Part shown: in pieces, positions 62,035 to 64,000 of the stretch | How positions within the stretch are numbered: the first letter of the stretch is position 1 | Layout: every line of letters starts with the position of its first letter | DNA from: a bacterium | Lineage (GTDB): Bacteria > UBA8248 > JACPRG01 > G963555815 | Assembly (NCBI GenBank): GCA_965261595.1 | Contig: CBDHDG010000007.1 | Span: forward strand, 576,001 to 640,000 | Length of the DNA stretch: 64,000 nucleotides | Reading direction: 5' to 3' | The notes under the pieces: generated by a model | What the model saw: only the letters and a program-made list of their open reading frames with translations | What the model was told of the DNA's origin: nothing | Database searches by the model: none | Program-made: the position numbers and the translations under genes

Positions 62035-62646
62035 ATGCGAAAGCATGTTCTTGTTGTGCTTGGACTTATCGCTGTTTTTAGTGCAGGAAAGGCTGCTGAA
62101 ATGACGTGGCCTGATATAGCAGCACATATCTGGTGGAAGATTGCGTTCGCTACTAGCGCCATCATGGTTATTGTCAGCTACCCCAAAATAGTTTTTGCAC
62201 CGGTCACCATTCCTTTGAATTGGATTAGAAAAAGGTTTCACTCAATTCCAGAAGCAGACCAACAAATTAAGCCAGTAAAGCGCATATATACAGCACGAAC
62301 AGTGGATGAAATGTTTGCGGCAATCAAAAACATGACGGATATTGAAGTCGAACGATTCGCCCAGCCACACATAGGAAAGTGGATTAGGGTTCAAAGCGTT
62401 ATCCGAAATATGCAAAGCGACGATAACTTTTTTTATGTCATGCTTGGAAAGTCGTTAGATCCAATGCCGTATCTCCGTTTTACAAGGGAGAAATGGGGCT
62501 CGTCTCTTGAGACTATGACTCAGGGAGATCGTCTCGCTACCGAAGGGAAAATTACGGGACTAGATCACCTAACGCTGGATATGGATTCTTGTGCGATTGT
62601 AGGGCTGAGAGAGAAAGACGATGTATTACGTCCCATTAAGCGGTAA
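62035..62646 (+). CDS. Hypothetical membrane-anchored passenger protein (possible OB-fold C-terminus)
   Basis: 203-aa ORF inside the IRs, AT-rich, two N-terminal hydrophobic segments. Confidence 0.6.
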   Translation: MRKHVLVVLGLIAVFSAGKAAEMTWPDIAAHIWWKIAFATSAIMVIVSYPKIVFAPVTIPLNWIRKRFHSIPEADQQIKPVKRIYTARTVDEMFAAIKNMTDIEVERFAQPHIGKWIRVQSVIRNMQSDDNFFYVMLGKSLDPMPYLRFTREKWGSSLETMTQGDRLATEGKITGLDHLTLDMDSCAIVGLREKDDVLRPIKR

Positions 62647-63523
62647 GCCTCTTGTATTCCAGCGGATCGGTGTTCATGATTCGCTTGAGGGTGTCCATGA
62701 ATATGTGGGGGTTGTCGCGGTTGTTGTGTCGCCATTCGAGTTCTTCAAGGTAACGGTCCATATGCTTGACGCTCATCTTGTGGAAGGTTCCGATAATGGA
62801 CCGCTTGAACAGGGACCACACGCCCTCGATGCTGTTGGTGTGAACATCTCCAATCACCCATTCTTCCTCGGAATGGTTAACCGTTTCATGGCGTGTGTCA
62901 TGATCCTCGACACCGATATAGGACTTCAACTCGTCCGTATAGATTGCCTCGGCTTCGTCCTTGACTGTGCGCTGGATGAAGTCATGAAGGGTCTTGCGCC
63001 GAATGTTCGGAATGCGCTGGACGCGGAGCTTCCCACCGCGCTGGATGGCTCCAGCGATCCACTGCTTGTTCCCCCTGTATCCATGCCCCTTGCCCTTCTT
63101 CTTGCCGCCGATCAGGGTTTCATCCACCTCGACAACGCCCACCAGCGTAGGACCTTCAAGGGGGTCATTTCCCATTGCCTCACGAATGCGGTGGCAAAGG
63201 TGCCAAGCCGTACGATATGTGGTTCCGAGAGTTTCCTTCAACTGGTTTGCCGATACCCCTTTCTTCGATACGCACATGAGGTAGATCCCCATGAACCACT
63301 TGCGGAAGGGAAGGCGGGAATCGTGCATGATGGTTCCACTCGTCACGGAAAACTGATATCCGCAACCGTGGCATTGGTATTGATTGCGCTTCGGAATTTC
63401 TCCGATGCTCATATCCCCGCACCGAGTACAGGCAACGCCATTGGGCCAGCGAATTTCCTCAATGGCATTGCGGCATTCGTCATCGTTTTTGTACTTGTCC
63501 AGCATGGAAAGGAGGCTTTGCAT
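62636..63523 (-). CDS. IS1595-family (ISXO2-like) transposase
   Basis: RWPNGVACTRC...CHGC Zn ribbon, VEVDET, IYTDE, HTNSIEGVWS, YLEE. Confidence 0.93.
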   Translation of the reverse strand: MQSLLSMLDKYKNDDECRNAIEEIRWPNGVACTRCGDMSIGEIPKRNQYQCHGCGYQFSVTSGTIMHDSRLPFRKWFMGIYLMCVSKKGVSANQLKETLGTTYRTAWHLCHRIREAMGNDPLEGPTLVGVVEVDETLIGGKKKGKGHGYRGNKQWIAGAIQRGGKLRVQRIPNIRRKTLHDFIQRTVKDEAEAIYTDELKSYIGVEDHDTRHETVNHSEEEWVIGDVHTNSIEGVWSLFKRSIIGTFHKMSVKHMDRYLEELEWRHNNRDNPHIFMDTLKRIMNTDPLEYKRLTA

Positions 63524-63680
63524 GGGTCAAGAGGCTCCTAAGAAAAAGGAACGGAAACTTCCCAAAGATGCGCTAAAGCATGACGACATGCACCTGATGA
63601 CGTGCATTTTCGGGGAAGAAGTGATGGCCGAAGTAGACCGTATCGTCAAAGAAAAATCTGATGATTCAGGGGATGAGTAG
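63522..63680 (+). CDS. Possible small hypothetical ORF inside IS1595
   Basis: 52 aa with AAAGGAGG RBS upstream; shares CATG with the transposase start. Confidence 0.4.
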   Translation: MGQEAPKKKERKLPKDALKHDDMHLMTCIFGEEVMAEVDRIVKEKSDDSGDE

Positions 63681-63977
63681 CTCATACCCTATAATATACA
63701 TCTTGTGGCACTATGTGTCAAGGGCATAATCACGGATTAATCAGGCTCCGTCTCGATGACCTAGCCGCCGCAAACAACTTGACTGTCATGCGAACCCTTC
63801 CCTAAGCTCGCTGTCACGAATTGAAAGGCAAATTGAAGGGGGATTTGTCTGTAGATCTTGACCACCCCTATAGGCTCCTCTTCCGACCGGCAGATAACCC
63901 TCCACCGCTGAAGCCGGATGGCGGACTGGACTGGGAGAAGGTCAACCGGATCGAGGTTCTCAGAGTGAAAGACACCC

Positions 63978-64000
63978 ATGGTTAGTTCCTATAAGAACGA
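63978..64000 (+). CDS. Probable start of a HigA-like antitoxin (3' partial)
   Basis: ATG overlaps the toxin stop (MVSSYKN...); assignment from position only. Confidence 0.4.

Larger units (their letters stand above)
61984..63734 (-). mobile_element. IS1595-family element with a passenger gene
   Basis: Perfect 33-bp IRs CGTGATTATGCCCTTGACACATAGTGCCACAAG; 8-bp TSD GATTAATC at 61976-61983 and 63735-63742. Confidence 0.93.
61888..63985 (+). pseudogene. HigB-like (plasmid maintenance killer family) toxin interrupted by IS1595
   Basis: Rejoined: MEIAFNDKRF...HGDRRARLIRLRLDDLAAA...LP*ARCHELKG...SVDLDHPYRLLFRP...DGGLDW...DTHG; also an in-frame TAA at ~63803. Confidence 0.82.

Overview
High-GC bacterial genome window rich in catabolic and transport genes. 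It holds two xanthine-dehydrogenase-family Mo-hydroxylase clusters, a yqeB/AAA+/VWA block, a disrupted Mo/W-bisPGD oxidoreductase, three tandem MBL-fold paralogs, an SdhA-like flavoprotein with a stand-alone 2Fe-2S protein and a Rieske oxygenase, a sigma-54 activator/promoter/porin module, a TatT-TRAP (TPAT) transporter and dppBC-like permeases. The most striking element is a convergent gatD/gatE pair: GatDE is classically an archaea-specific Glu-tRNA(Gln) amidotransferase. Mobile DNA is abundant: two IS3-family copies, each with its own 4-bp TSD; a 2.3-kb IS1380 unit bounded by two left ends and one 5-bp TSD inside an epimerase gene; an IS1380 right-end remnant with an outward promoter; and a passenger-carrying IS1595 element with an 8-bp TSD inside a higB-like gene. 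Several REP-like hairpin families are dispersed through the intergenic regions. About a dozen genes carry frameshifts or in-frame stops, which may be real decay or sequencing/assembly error. No rRNA, tRNA or CRISPR array was recognised. All family calls come from motif recognition by eye, not database searches.
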